From a virus (lineage: Duplodnaviria > Caudoviricetes): DNA of 64,000 bases. Under the pieces are notes generated by a model that had not been told where the DNA came from, searched no databases, and saw only the letters and a list, made by a program, of their open reading frames with translations. Below are positions 35,184 through 44,783 of the stretch, in pieces (position 1 is the first letter of the stretch; every line of letters begins with the position of its first letter). The stretch covers positions 1 to 64,000 of IMG/VR virus record IMGVR_UViG_3300020576_004709; one strand, given 5' to 3'. The translations under genes and the position numbers were made by a program.

Positions 35184-35246
35184 GGGGCACTTCTCCATTG
35201 GTAAAACGGTCACAATTCACGGCGGATCTTCGCCGCCTCCGGGTTC

Positions 35247-37703
35247 TTAGGTCACCATTCCGCATCCGATTTGACACAGGATGCTGCTGGCCCACGGACC
35301 GAGCCAGCCGCCGGGGTTGTCCGCGTAGAACCCGCACGACAGGCCGGAGCCAGTTCCGGGGCAGTAGTAGCCGGGACCGCTCCCGTCGGCACCGCACCCG
35401 CTGCCGGCGCAATTGGCCTCGCTGATGTACGGGCCGGTGCAACCGCCGGGATTACCCGATTCGAAATACTCGTTGCAATTCCCATCGCAACACCACCATT
35501 CCGTAACCGGCGCATCGGTCGTGGTCGTGGGCGGCGGTGGCGTCGTCGGCGTGGTAGTCGTCGTCGTGGAAGACGGCGGTGAGGTCGTGGTTGTCGTCGT
35601 GGTGGTCGTGCTCGTCGGCGGGGGCGTCGTCGTGCTCGTGCAGGGGCTTGCGTCGCACTCGCCTTCGGTATCGAACGGGCCGGCCAGGACGACGTAGTAG
35701 TAGCCGTTCCCGCCGCAGGAATGGTTGTAGGTGTTTCCGACGACCGTCATGGACGGGAACCGCTGGAAGCAGAACGTCGATCCAATTCCGTCCGGCGAGC
35801 AGTCCGAGAATCCCCACAGGGTTGTCACGCGAACGCAATACCACTTCATCGCCTCGGTTGTCGTCGTGGTGGTCGTGCTCGTTGTCGTCGTCGTGCTGGT
35901 GGTCGTCGTGCTCGTCGTCGTCGAGGTCGTCGTCGTTGGGGGCGGGGTGGTGGTCGTCGTCCGGTCCGTACAAGGCGTCTCGTCGATCGAGCAATCGTTC
36001 ACGCCGGCATAGACCGGCTCGTAGCAATCGCAATTCCCCTCGCAGTTCTCGGAGCCGAGGAAGATCCATTCGGACGTGAACGCGCTCCAACGGAACCGGC
36101 ACTTGCCGCTGCAAGTCGGGGTCGTGGTGGTTGTCGTGGGCGGTGGGGGTGTCGTCGGCGTGCAGGGGTTGGGCGCCGCAGTGGTCGTGGTCGGGCAGTT
36201 GTCTTCGACCGGGCACCCCGTCACGGCCATGTTTCCGCAGACCGGATTCGCCGGCGGCACGGTGGGCGCTCGGCACGGTCCGCACGTCTTGCAGTCCGGG
36301 AAGTTCGTGAAGCAACCGCCGCCGATGTACAGCCAGCCAATTTCCTCGTCGATCCAGACCCAACGGCAGGAGCCGTGGCAGAACTTCGGCGGTGCCGGGG
36401 TGGTCGTTGTCGTGGTGCAATCGAACGGCACGTCGTAACAGACGGAACCGCTGCCGGACGGCGGGGGCGGACACCGGCAGTTGCTACCAGGCGTCCCCGC
36501 GCAGTTGTTCCGCTTGACGATGAACCCGAATCCGGGGATCCAGGTGTAGACGCACCCCGAGCAGTCCGGCGGGGGCGTCGTGGTCGGGCACGGCGTGGTG
36601 GTCGTCAGCGGGTCGGGGGTCGTGCTCGTAGTGGTCGTGCTGGTGGTCGTCGTCGTGAAGGCCGGGCAGGGCGTGGTGGTCGTCGTGGTGCGCGGCCGCT
36701 CGCAGTAGGTCTTAATCGTCGCGCACCCGTCGTCCGGTTGGGGGCAGACGGTCGGGTAGGCCGGCACGCAGCCGGGCGAGCAGCAGATTTCCTTGAGCTT
36801 CCAGATTCCCAACGCGAAATCGAATTCCCACGACGAGAGGCCGCCGCAGGGTGCCGGCGTCGTGCTCGTGGTAGTCGTGGTCGGGGGCGGGCCGGAATCG
36901 CGGATGCCGACGAAGACGCGGCGATCGTACTCGACGCCGTGCTCCTCGACGGGGATCAAGCTGCCGATGACGGGTGCCCGGCCGTAGACGTCCCGGAACC
37001 AAACGAGGATGTCCGATTCGAGCCAGAGGTCGCCGTAGGTGTAGTAGTAGACCAGCTTGGCCGAATAGAACCTCTGCCCGTCGGTGTGAGGGTACGGCGT
37101 CGTGGTCGTGCTCGTCGTGCTGGTGGGCGCGGGGGTTGTCGTTGTGGTCGTGGTCGTCGTTGGCGCTTCGGTCGTGGTCGGAACGCAGGTGGTCGAAGTG
37201 GGTGCCGGCGTGGTGGTCGGAACTGCGGTTGTCGTGGTGGTCGTCGGTCCCGGCCGGTCGCTCAGGATCTTGACGTAGGCTTGCATTCCCACCCGGACGA
37301 CGGGAACCGTGTCCATGTCGTCCGGCTCGCCGTCGATCTTGAAGCCGAGACGCCCCTTGCCGAGTTGGAAGCTGCCGGCGACCGGACCCCAAATCTCGCC
37401 GATCTTCGGTTGGCCATCCGCCGGGTTGAAAGCCGCGCGGATCGGGGACGAGTACGAGGCCCACCCAGCGCCGGTGAAACCCCGGACCGCGTCGGCCGGC
37501 GGGATCGAGTACGGCCCGGCGATGTAGCAGCCGGGTTCCCCGTCGGCGGTCGGCTTCCCGACGACCTTGCGGCCCTCGGCGTCGGGAAACGCAGTGTTGG
37601 CAACGCACCCGCCCGGCGGTATGGTATCGCTTGTGGCGTTGACCATTGGAATGGGATTACAACTGAGGGTGTAATCCTGACTCGACGGTCTGAGCACAAC
37701 CAT
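35247..37703 (-). CDS. mucin-like Thr/Pro- and Cys-rich protein (probable tail fibre/adhesin); start uncertain (37724 TTG, 37703 or 37646 ATG)
   Basis: N-terminal tail-type domain followed by many poly-Thr/Pro tracts alternating with small C.G.C.(W/F).W...W......C...C.C..P modules. Confidence 0.8.
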   Translation of the reverse strand: MVVLRPSSQDYTLSCNPIPMVNATSDTIPPGGCVANTAFPDAEGRKVVGKPTADGEPGCYIAGPYSIPPADAVRGFTGAGWASYSSPIRAAFNPADGQPKIGEIWGPVAGSFQLGKGRLGFKIDGEPDDMDTVPVVRVGMQAYVKILSDRPGPTTTTTTAVPTTTPAPTSTTCVPTTTEAPTTTTTTTTTPAPTSTTSTTTTPYPHTDGQRFYSAKLVYYYTYGDLWLESDILVWFRDVYGRAPVIGSLIPVEEHGVEYDRRVFVGIRDSGPPPTTTTTSTTPAPCGGLSSWEFDFALGIWKLKEICCSPGCVPAYPTVCPQPDDGCATIKTYCERPRTTTTTTPCPAFTTTTTSTTTTSTTPDPLTTTTPCPTTTPPPDCSGCVYTWIPGFGFIVKRNNCAGTPGSNCRCPPPPSGSGSVCYDVPFDCTTTTTTPAPPKFCHGSCRWVWIDEEIGWLYIGGGCFTNFPDCKTCGPCRAPTVPPANPVCGNMAVTGCPVEDNCPTTTTAAPNPCTPTTPPPPTTTTTTPTCSGKCRFRWSAFTSEWIFLGSENCEGNCDCYEPVYAGVNDCSIDETPCTDRTTTTTPPPTTTTSTTTSTTTTSTTTTTSTTTTTTTEAMKWYCVRVTTLWGFSDCSPDGIGSTFCFQRFPSMTVVGNTYNHSCGGNGYYYVVLAGPFDTEGECDASPCTSTTTPPPTSTTTTTTTTTSPPSSTTTTTTPTTPPPPTTTTDAPVTEWWCCDGNCNEYFESGNPGGCTGPYISEANCAGSGCGADGSGPGYYCPGTGSGLSCGFYADNPGGWLGPWASSILCQIGCGMVT
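37654..37677. promoter_or_regulatory. perfect 8-8-8 palindrome (operator or recombination site candidate)
   Basis: GGATTACA-ACTGAGGG-TGTAATCC at a divergent gene junction. Confidence 0.5.
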
Positions 37704-37718
37704 CCCCCCGTGTGAACC

Positions 37719-38456
37719 ATGCAAGCAGTGTACGGGGCATTTTTTCTACCGGCGAATTGCTGCTCGATCACGCGACAGATCGAATCCGAGACGACCGACG
37801 TCGGCAAACCCTACCGCGAAACCCACTCCCTGCACTGCCGCGTGACCCTCGTCTCGGCTTACTCGGCCCCGCTCGATCGTCAACGCGACCTGACGTTCCA
37901 GGAGGCCCGCATCCGCGCGGCGACGTCGGAACCCGGCCTCGACTTCCAGTTCTTCGACGACGGCGGACTCCGCTCCGATCTCTGCCTGCTCAACGCGGGG
38001 TGCGAGGAAAAGGTGCGGCGGGTCCACTGGAGTAACCCGGAGGGCGGCAACTCCGAACTGGCCGGCAAGCGAACACTCGAATTCGTCATGCAGGCCGTCT
38101 ACCCGAGCTTCGGGGCGTTCGGCACGATCCTCTCCCTCCAAGAGACGTACACCGTGGACGGCGACGGCTCGCCGTACATCGTGATGCACGAGTTGCAGGA
38201 CGGAATCGTCGAACAGGTCACGCGGGCCGCGACCATCAGCCGCGCCTACCAGACCGGGTCGGCGGTCGGCTACAAGACGTGGCCCAACCTCGGCCCGTAC
38301 AACGGCTTCCCCAAGCAGAAGTTCCCGAAGGGCTTTCGCGGGTTCCGATCGCAGGTGTCCCGCGAACTGCCGAAGCGCCGGGGCGAGGGATTCAACAGCC
38401 ACTTCGGGATGCACTGGTCGTACTACTCCGAAGGCGCGACACCCTACAAGGTCTGA
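37719..38456 (+). CDS. putative tail protein on the opposite strand
   Basis: Protein-like ORF with high GC3 in this frame; beta-rich (QETYTVDGDG.P, Y.Q.GSAVG, W.Y..E). Confidence 0.7.
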   Translation: MQAVYGAFFLPANCCSITRQIESETTDVGKPYRETHSLHCRVTLVSAYSAPLDRQRDLTFQEARIRAATSEPGLDFQFFDDGGLRSDLCLLNAGCEEKVRRVHWSNPEGGNSELAGKRTLEFVMQAVYPSFGAFGTILSLQETYTVDGDGSPYIVMHELQDGIVEQVTRAATISRAYQTGSAVGYKTWPNLGPYNGFPKQKFPKGFRGFRSQVSRELPKRRGEGFNSHFGMHWSYYSEGATPYKV

Positions 38457-38471
38457 GAGAGGTAACGAGCC

Positions 38472-39698
38472 ATGCCGTCCGAAAAACTGTACTACGCACG
38501 CGCCGGCGTCCGAAAGCGGATTCAGACGCTCACCATCAATTCGGCGACCGCCACGAACATCGCGGGCGCGGCGATCGGTCCCCGGACCGAACTCTACACC
38601 ATCGGCACCGGCATGACGACCGCGCTCGTGGCCGCCGCGCTCGCCGCGCAACTCCAAGCCTCGCTCGCCCCGGAGTTCCAAGAACTCAGCTATTCCCCCA
38701 GCTCGAACGTCATCACGATCACGAGCATCGACACCGGGGTCGATTTCGTGGTAACGGCCGCCGGCACCGGCGGCGTCGTATCCGCCGCGACCGTGCAGAC
38801 GGCGACCGGCGGCATGGATTGGGCCAACGTCGACAATTGGGGCGGGGCGCTGCCGGTCAACGGCGATTCGATCGTCGTCGACATCCCGGATACGCCGATC
38901 ACGATGAACCTCGACGCGCTCGCCGGCGTGGACATCGCGACGATGACGGTTCGCAACCGCAGCAACCGCGGCGCGGGCCTCACCAACTTCCGCCGGACGA
39001 ACGGGGCGATCTACATCGAGTACCGCGGCCGCTACGTCCAGCTCAAGACCCTGACCCGGCTCGTCGTCGAAGGGGACGGTCCCGGCCCGGACGTCCTGCA
39101 CGTCCAACTGATGACCGGCGGGAACACGACTTGCGACATCAGTTCCAACAACAGTTCGGACAACGACGAGGTCGCGCCGATCCAACTGCTGCTGAAATCG
39201 ACGGGGAACAAGCTCAACCTGAACAAGGGCTACGCCTCGATTCCGAAGGACGAGATCCTCGGCCTGCTCGGGGTGTGCGCGACGGTGAACGTGGGCCGCG
39301 AGGGGGACAACGAGGAAGCGCCGTTCGCGAACGTGGACGGGACCGTGTCGGCGGTCAACAACTATTCCGGCCAGACGCGGGCCTCGTCGAACATCACGCT
39401 CTTCATGGGTCGGGACTCGGTCGACCACCTGCAAACGGCCGGCAACCTGACCGTCAGCGGGTCGGCCGGCAACGTCGATTACCGGCCGGCGGGGACGATC
39501 ACGTTCAACATCACCGAGAACTGCACGCTCTACTTGAACCGATCGACCGCGACGAAGACGCTCGGCTCGCTCTGTTCGGGACTCAACGGCGGTGCCGTCA
39601 TCGACCCGAACGGCACGATGGCCGGCTCGTTCACCCTCGATCAAAAGTCGCTGCAGCGATCGCGGTTGAAGGACGGGACCGGCGTCACGGTGACGTAG
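38472..39698 (+). CDS. putative tail/fibre protein on the opposite strand
   Basis: GAGAGG upstream; DW.N.DNW.GA.PV.GD.IV followed by a beta-helix-like Gly/Asn/Thr-rich region. Confidence 0.8.
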   Translation: MPSEKLYYARAGVRKRIQTLTINSATATNIAGAAIGPRTELYTIGTGMTTALVAAALAAQLQASLAPEFQELSYSPSSNVITITSIDTGVDFVVTAAGTGGVVSAATVQTATGGMDWANVDNWGGALPVNGDSIVVDIPDTPITMNLDALAGVDIATMTVRNRSNRGAGLTNFRRTNGAIYIEYRGRYVQLKTLTRLVVEGDGPGPDVLHVQLMTGGNTTCDISSNNSSDNDEVAPIQLLLKSTGNKLNLNKGYASIPKDEILGLLGVCATVNVGREGDNEEAPFANVDGTVSAVNNYSGQTRASSNITLFMGRDSVDHLQTAGNLTVSGSAGNVDYRPAGTITFNITENCTLYLNRSTATKTLGSLCSGLNGGAVIDPNGTMAGSFTLDQKSLQRSRLKDGTGVTVT

Positions 39699-39699
39699 G

Positions 39700-39742
39700 A
39701 AAAAGGAAACGGACCGACTGCCCCTAGTCGGTCCGTCCCTTT
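39700..39742. terminator. bidirectional intrinsic terminator
   Basis: AAAAAGGAAACGGACCGACT-GCCCCT-AGTCGGTCCGTCCCTTT between convergent genes. Confidence 0.8.
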
Positions 39743-39781
39743 GCCCACTTCACTCCGTCAAGAGAAGTGGAAGGCGTTGTA

Positions 39782-41602
39782 TCAGCGGTTCTGCTTGGCG
39801 GCCAGCTTTGCGAGTGCGGCGTTCATGATGTCGGCCGCCTCCTGCCTCGCGGCGGCCTTCGAGATTTCGACCATCTTGTCCGAGAGCAATTCCTTGTTCA
39901 CCCCCTCTTGAAGCTCCTTCTGAATCTCGAACTTGAGGGTGATGGCCCGGTTGGAAAGCTCCTGTTCCTTCGTCCGCGCGTCCTTCGACGAGTCGCGGTA
40001 TTCCTCGCCGAACTGTTCCTTGAGCAACCGCGTGATGGGGTCGTTGGCCCCCTTCTCCTCGAACCGCTTTTCGAGCGTCTTCGGAATCAGTCGGCCGGCC
40101 GCGCCGAGGACGTCGTCGGGCAGCATGTCGAGGTTCGCCGTGTTCTTCACGAGCAACGCGCTCTGGAACGCGAACTGCCGTTCGAGCGGACCCATGCGGC
40201 CGACGTTCTGTTCCTGGCCGGCGGCCGTCTGCGCACGCTCCGACCACTCCCGCTGTTGGAGTTGGATCATCTGCAGTTGGTTTTCCTTGATGGCCCGGTC
40301 GTTCTGGAGAATCTCGCCCTTCAACTGCTTCTGCCGTTCGATCAGCTCGTTTTGCTTCTCCATGTTCTTCGCGATGTCCGCGTCGATTCGCTCGACTTCG
40401 CGCGCGGCTTCGAGCCGCTTGGCGTCCGTCGCCGAGGAGTTCGGGAGCCAACTGTCTTCATCGGTTCCGGCGGCAAGCGAAGCCTTGCGGCGGCGCTGGT
40501 CGAGCGCCTTCCGCTCCTCCCGCGTCTTGCCCAACATCGCATCGGTGTCCCCCGCCTGGATTCGCAGGGCCGCGCCCTCGCGCGCGATGTTGAATTCCTG
40601 CTCGCGGATCGGTTGCCGGCCCCGTTCGATCATGAACTCGAACTCGCCGCCGACGGTCGATCGGTCGATGAACGGCATCGTCGCGGTGCGCGGGTCGGCG
40701 TTCATCGCTGCGATGCGGGACCGCGTTTCGCTGCGGCGGATGCCCATCTCGTAGTCGATGCGGCCGGTCACTTCCCCCCGCCGGCCGAGCACTTGGTCGC
40801 GCTGGCGGTTCAACTCCGCGCGCTCGGCCGTGATTTCGGCCTTCGCGAACAGCCCGCCACGGTCGGAGATCGTGTCGTAAACGCCGAGGGCCTGGCGGCT
40901 GAAGAAGTTCGAGTTGACCGAGGCCCGCATCGCGTCGCTGCCGGTCCCGCCGCTGAACATCGCGAGGTCGGCCGCGTTCCGGGCACCGGCCGCCGCCGTC
41001 GTCGCCGCGATGCCGGCCAGCGGCGCGCCGAACCGGCCGTAACGCGACTGGATGAACTTCGAAAACGCGCTCGGATCGTTCCGGGGAATGTCGTTGTCCC
41101 ACGACTCGCCGCCGGGCATCCCCGTTGTCTTGTTCTGCCAGCCCACGTCGCCGTAGTTGGCTGACCGGTACTGGCCGGGGAACAGGATCGGCGTCGGCGG
41201 CAGCGTGGTCGAAGGGTTCACCGCGCCGCGGAAGGGGATCGGGACCGGGGGCGGCAGCGGGGCGGCGTTCATCCCGGTCTGGTTGTTCCACGACAGCGGC
41301 ATCCCGTTCGGCCACGTCGGGGGGTTAGGGTCGTGGAAGAGCGACATTCCGCCGGGCCACGTCGGCGCGGACGGGCCGCCGCCACGCCGCCCGCCGCCCC
41401 CGATGTTGCCGCCCCAACCGCCGGTCGATTGCCGCTGCGGGAGTCCCGATTCGTCCTTGAGGCCCTTGTTGTACTCGATCTGCGACTTGGCCATCCGCTC
41501 GAGCGCGGCGGCCATCCGCTCGGCCTTCGAGACGTCCTCGGCGCGGATGTCGAAACTCAGGGTCGCGGAGACTTCTTCGCCCTTCTCGTTGTCGCTCGCC
41601 AT
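39782..41602 (-). CDS. tape measure-like protein
   Basis: N-terminal SATLSFDIRAED..K, long helical/coiled-coil C-terminal half, Ala/Gly-rich middle. Confidence 0.6.
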   Translation of the reverse strand: MASDNEKGEEVSATLSFDIRAEDVSKAERMAAALERMAKSQIEYNKGLKDESGLPQRQSTGGWGGNIGGGGRRGGGPSAPTWPGGMSLFHDPNPPTWPNGMPLSWNNQTGMNAAPLPPPVPIPFRGAVNPSTTLPPTPILFPGQYRSANYGDVGWQNKTTGMPGGESWDNDIPRNDPSAFSKFIQSRYGRFGAPLAGIAATTAAAGARNAADLAMFSGGTGSDAMRASVNSNFFSRQALGVYDTISDRGGLFAKAEITAERAELNRQRDQVLGRRGEVTGRIDYEMGIRRSETRSRIAAMNADPRTATMPFIDRSTVGGEFEFMIERGRQPIREQEFNIAREGAALRIQAGDTDAMLGKTREERKALDQRRRKASLAAGTDEDSWLPNSSATDAKRLEAAREVERIDADIAKNMEKQNELIERQKQLKGEILQNDRAIKENQLQMIQLQQREWSERAQTAAGQEQNVGRMGPLERQFAFQSALLVKNTANLDMLPDDVLGAAGRLIPKTLEKRFEEKGANDPITRLLKEQFGEEYRDSSKDARTKEQELSNRAITLKFEIQKELQEGVNKELLSDKMVEISKAAARQEAADIMNAALAKLAAKQNR

Positions 41603-41606
41603 GTTG

Positions 41607-43895
41607 TCACCCGTTTCGCTGGATTCGACCCTGCGCCATCGCCGCGAAGACGTTGCCGATCAGGGCCGGCTTCGAGAACTCGCGGTTCTGCCGTGCGGCC
41701 TCCGCGTCCGGCCGGATGGCCTCGCGGAAACGCCTGGTGTCGTAATTCGGCATGTAGTGATCGTGCTCGACGTTTCGGCTCAGGGTCGAACCCATCGCCT
41801 CGCGGCCGAAGTCGATCGTCATTTGACCGATTGCCCCGTCGAGCTTGACGACCGGCACGCCCTTGTAGTGGATCGTCGTCCCGCCTTCGAGGACGATCCG
41901 GTTCAGGTGCTCGTCGAGGTACTTGTCGGCGGCCGCCGTCGCGTTGTCGTACTCGTCGGCGATCGACTCCGTGAACAGGTGCCGGCGCTTGGCGTTGTCC
42001 ACCCCGTACCGCTGGACCCACGTTCGAACCACGTCGTCGTGCTCGAACCATTTGATTTGGGGATCCTTGTCCCAAATGTACGCCTTCGCGTCGTTGTCCT
42101 TCCGTGCCAGCTTCTTCGGGGACTGGCGCTTGTCCCCGATCTCGCCCTTCTCGTCGGCGAACTTCACCCAGCGCCGGTACCGGAGAATCTCGTGCGTCTC
42201 CCGGTCGCGGAGGTAGGCAGAGAACTCGAACACGATGCGGGGGATCTGGACCTTGAGCGAGTTGCCGGCCGGCACGACTTCGAGCACGGGCGAGGCGAAC
42301 GTCACGACGTAGGAGCCGGGATCGAACGTGAAGGGAACTTCGATCCGCTGCTTGAACTCGGTGTTGAGTTGCGCGGAGTCCAGCTTCCGGTGGACCGGCG
42401 ACGAATGTCGGTGGTAGATCGCCCCGTAGCACTCGCTGGACCGGTCCCGGCTCCACCCGTCGTAATAGTCGGGGACGTCCGCGATGATGTCGCCGCTGCC
42501 GCCGCGAATCCGGTTTGGGTCGCGCTCGGTCGGCACCACCTGCTCGACGCGGGAGTTGAACGGGACCATCGAATGCAGGTCGAGAACGTGGCCGTAGCGC
42601 CGGACGTAGAGCGTCTGCTGCGGGTCGGTCGGCCCCCGCGACGGATCGAGGAGCGTGACGCGGTACATCTTGTAAACGCCGGCCTGCGCCAGTTCCATCG
42701 CCTTGTTGAAGGTGAGTTGGTCAGTCGCGTGGACGCCGGGGAAGATCGGCGGGTTGCAGAACTCCCAAGCGGTCTGCACGCCGACCGTCGTCACGTTTAC
42801 GGTGAAAGTCGCGAGGTTGTCGCCGCGGCGAACGTCCGGGGTATGGCCGTTCGTCCGGCCGGCGATGTAGAGCGCCGGCCCGGCTTCCACTCTGGCCGCC
42901 ACGCGACTCCCGACGGACGAGTTCGCGTTGATGGCCGCCGCCATGTCGTTGAGAACTTGGGTCGCATCGGTGGTTCCGACGACGGAGAACGGCCATCCGT
43001 CCACGAGGAGGCGGAAGTTCTCGCCCGTCAAGAACGGGATGTCGCAGAAAACCTGCACTTCGCCGGGCCTCGGCGGGTTCACCGGCGCGTAGCTGAGGAT
43101 GTCGATCGTGTTGAGTTGCGAACCGTAGTCCGGCGCGACGGCGTCGAGGACGACGCGGAATTGCCACCGGATCGGGGCACCCCTCACCCCGACGCCGGCG
43201 GGGATCGGCGGGAGGTTGATCGCCCCGCCGCCCGAATCGACGTGGTCGGTCGGAAGCTCGGCCCCGACCGAACGCTTCTCGATTCGCACCCGCCGCTCGA
43301 TGTTGCACCAGATCGGCACCATGTAGAACTGGTCGCACAGCCGCGCGAGGGCCTCGCGGGTCGGGGTGCCGTTCCACTCGATGCGGGGGTTCAACTCGGG
43401 CTTGGTGCTCTTGACTCCCTCGCCGGCTCCGGGGAACTCGTTCGGCGGGACGTCGCCCTCCTTCACCCCCTCGGGCATCAGCGAGACGTCGAAGCCCTGC
43501 TCGCCGAGGTTCAGGAGCGCGATCTTAACCAGTTCTCGCGGCGTCTTGACGCGGCCGGGTAAGAGGTTCTGGTGCGTGTCCTGCTGGTTGTAGTCGCCGT
43601 CGATGACGGCGTTCTCCCAGCGCCAGCGGTGGTCTTTGAGGATGATCTGCCACGAGTTTCCCGCGCGGCTGAAATTGGGCAGGATGCGTTCGACCCGGCA
43701 GTCGGGGACGGTGTATTCCCGCTCGCCGTCGCGGAACACGAAATCGCCGTAGCGGCGCAGGGCGAGCGGTTCAACCTTGACCACGACGGAAATCTCGTCC
43801 GGCTCGACGCCCTGGTTGTAGGTGTAGTTCGCGGTATCGACGCCTTCGAGGCCGGGGTAGGAGACGGAACAGTTCTGCCGTTTGTAGAAGGCCAT
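41607..43895 (-). CDS. tail tip/hub-like protein (762 aa)
   Basis: F.DGE....VPDC.V...I.L.D.RWRW...I.G.YN...K.PREL...L..LGE; located after the chaperones. Confidence 0.6.
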   Translation of the reverse strand: MAFYKRQNCSVSYPGLEGVDTANYTYNQGVEPDEISVVVKVEPLALRRYGDFVFRDGEREYTVPDCRVERILPNFSRAGNSWQIILKDHRWRWENAVIDGDYNQQDTHQNLLPGRVKTPRELVKIALLNLGEQGFDVSLMPEGVKEGDVPPNEFPGAGEGVKSTKPELNPRIEWNGTPTREALARLCDQFYMVPIWCNIERRVRIEKRSVGAELPTDHVDSGGGAINLPPIPAGVGVRGAPIRWQFRVVLDAVAPDYGSQLNTIDILSYAPVNPPRPGEVQVFCDIPFLTGENFRLLVDGWPFSVVGTTDATQVLNDMAAAINANSSVGSRVAARVEAGPALYIAGRTNGHTPDVRRGDNLATFTVNVTTVGVQTAWEFCNPPIFPGVHATDQLTFNKAMELAQAGVYKMYRVTLLDPSRGPTDPQQTLYVRRYGHVLDLHSMVPFNSRVEQVVPTERDPNRIRGGSGDIIADVPDYYDGWSRDRSSECYGAIYHRHSSPVHRKLDSAQLNTEFKQRIEVPFTFDPGSYVVTFASPVLEVVPAGNSLKVQIPRIVFEFSAYLRDRETHEILRYRRWVKFADEKGEIGDKRQSPKKLARKDNDAKAYIWDKDPQIKWFEHDDVVRTWVQRYGVDNAKRRHLFTESIADEYDNATAAADKYLDEHLNRIVLEGGTTIHYKGVPVVKLDGAIGQMTIDFGREAMGSTLSRNVEHDHYMPNYDTRRFREAIRPDAEAARQNREFSKPALIGNVFAAMAQGRIQRNG

Positions 43896-43898
43896 CCG

Positions 43899-44324
43899 CT
43901 ATTCCAACCTTCGGAGGATCGGGGCAACCGCGCGAAGGGATGCCATCAGTTCCATCAGCGGCCGCTGTTCCGCGACCGTCTGAATGGGTTTTATGATAAC
44001 CGCGAACTCCTTCATCCAGTAGTTGCGGGGGAAGCGCCCGACCGCGTCGCACTTCAAATACTCGTAGACGATTTGGAAGTGAACGGGATCCGGTTCGTCC
44101 GCGTCGGCCGACGTGAGGTACCGCCCGTCCTCGATCGCCCGTTCCTTGACGTCGCGGGAGATCTTCGGGCACGAGTTGCAGGGAGTGACGGGCGGGTGGT
44201 CTTGGGGAACGAACTCGCCGCCGCGAACCATGCGGCGGCCGTAGTTTTCCGAACTCGGTTCCTGGTCGTACAGCCACGTCTCGCAGTCGAGGCACGTCCG
44301 GTTCCACTCCGGCTTCAACAGCAT
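43899..44324 (-). CDS. tail assembly chaperone, C-terminal (gpT-like) part
   Basis: ATG overlaps the TGA of the upstream gene in the -1 frame; CxxC pairs. Confidence 0.6.
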   Translation of the reverse strand: MLLKPEWNRTCLDCETWLYDQEPSSENYGRRMVRGGEFVPQDHPPVTPCNSCPKISRDVKERAIEDGRYLTSADADEPDPVHFQIVYEYLKCDAVGRFPRNYWMKEFAVIIKPIQTVAEQRPLMELMASLRAVAPILRRLE

Positions 44325-44767
44325 CAGGAGGGCGGCGACTCGGGTTTTTTTTTATCCGCGTCGATTTGCTTGCCGGCCGCGTAGCCGAGGGCTACCGCGT
44401 AGATGGCGCGGAAGAGGTTGAGGGGCAGGAGCGCGAGGTACTCGGGGTCCAGCGGCCACGCCTCGCCGCCGTCGGCGTAGTCCCAAGACTTCAACCGCGA
44501 AAAGAGGAACGTGACTTCCTCGCGGGCGACCGCCTCGAACTGCTCTTCGAGGGCCTCGTCGTGAACGTCCGGGTTCTTCGCCGGCTCGAACGTCGCGACG
44601 TCCTTGAAGCCGCGGGCCTCGATCGACTTCCGGTAGGCCCGCTTCCCGGCGGTCTGCCTCGCCTGGTCGTGGCGCTGGACCTTCGGCATCGGGGTCGGTT
44701 CGAACGTGATAGTCACGTCCTTGAAACCTTCCTGCTGGACGACTCGCTTGACGGTGAACGCGGGCAT
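44324..44767 (-). CDS. tail assembly chaperone (gpG-like)
   Basis: Follows the tail tube; L.SWDY.D..G..P; ends with an A9 slippery run. Confidence 0.7.
   Translation of the reverse strand: MPAFTVKRVVQQEGFKDVTITFEPTPMPKVQRHDQARQTAGKRAYRKSIEARGFKDVATFEPAKNPDVHDEALEEQFEAVAREEVTFLFSRLKSWDYADGGEAWPLDPEYLALLPLNLFRAIYAVALGYAAGKQIDADKKKPESPPS
44345..44353 (-). other. -1 ribosomal frameshift slippery site
   Basis: GAT AAA AAA AAA CCC on the minus strand; the -1 frame is open (TRVAALL) into the ATG at 44324. Confidence 0.75.
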
Positions 44768-44783
44768 GGTTGAACGCCTGGGG

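Noticed and set aside
35400-37300. Short tandem repeats that could be mistaken for a CRISPR array or DGR variable region
   Set aside because: They are in-frame Thr codon runs (GTC/GTG/GGT on the plus strand) with no fixed repeat-spacer period, and no reverse transcriptase or cas gene is present
33264-37715. Alternative-frame and antisense ORFs over the GT and mucin genes (33264..35204, 33283..35442, 35721..37715)
   Set aside because: Low-complexity Arg/Gly translations caused by codon bias of the real genes
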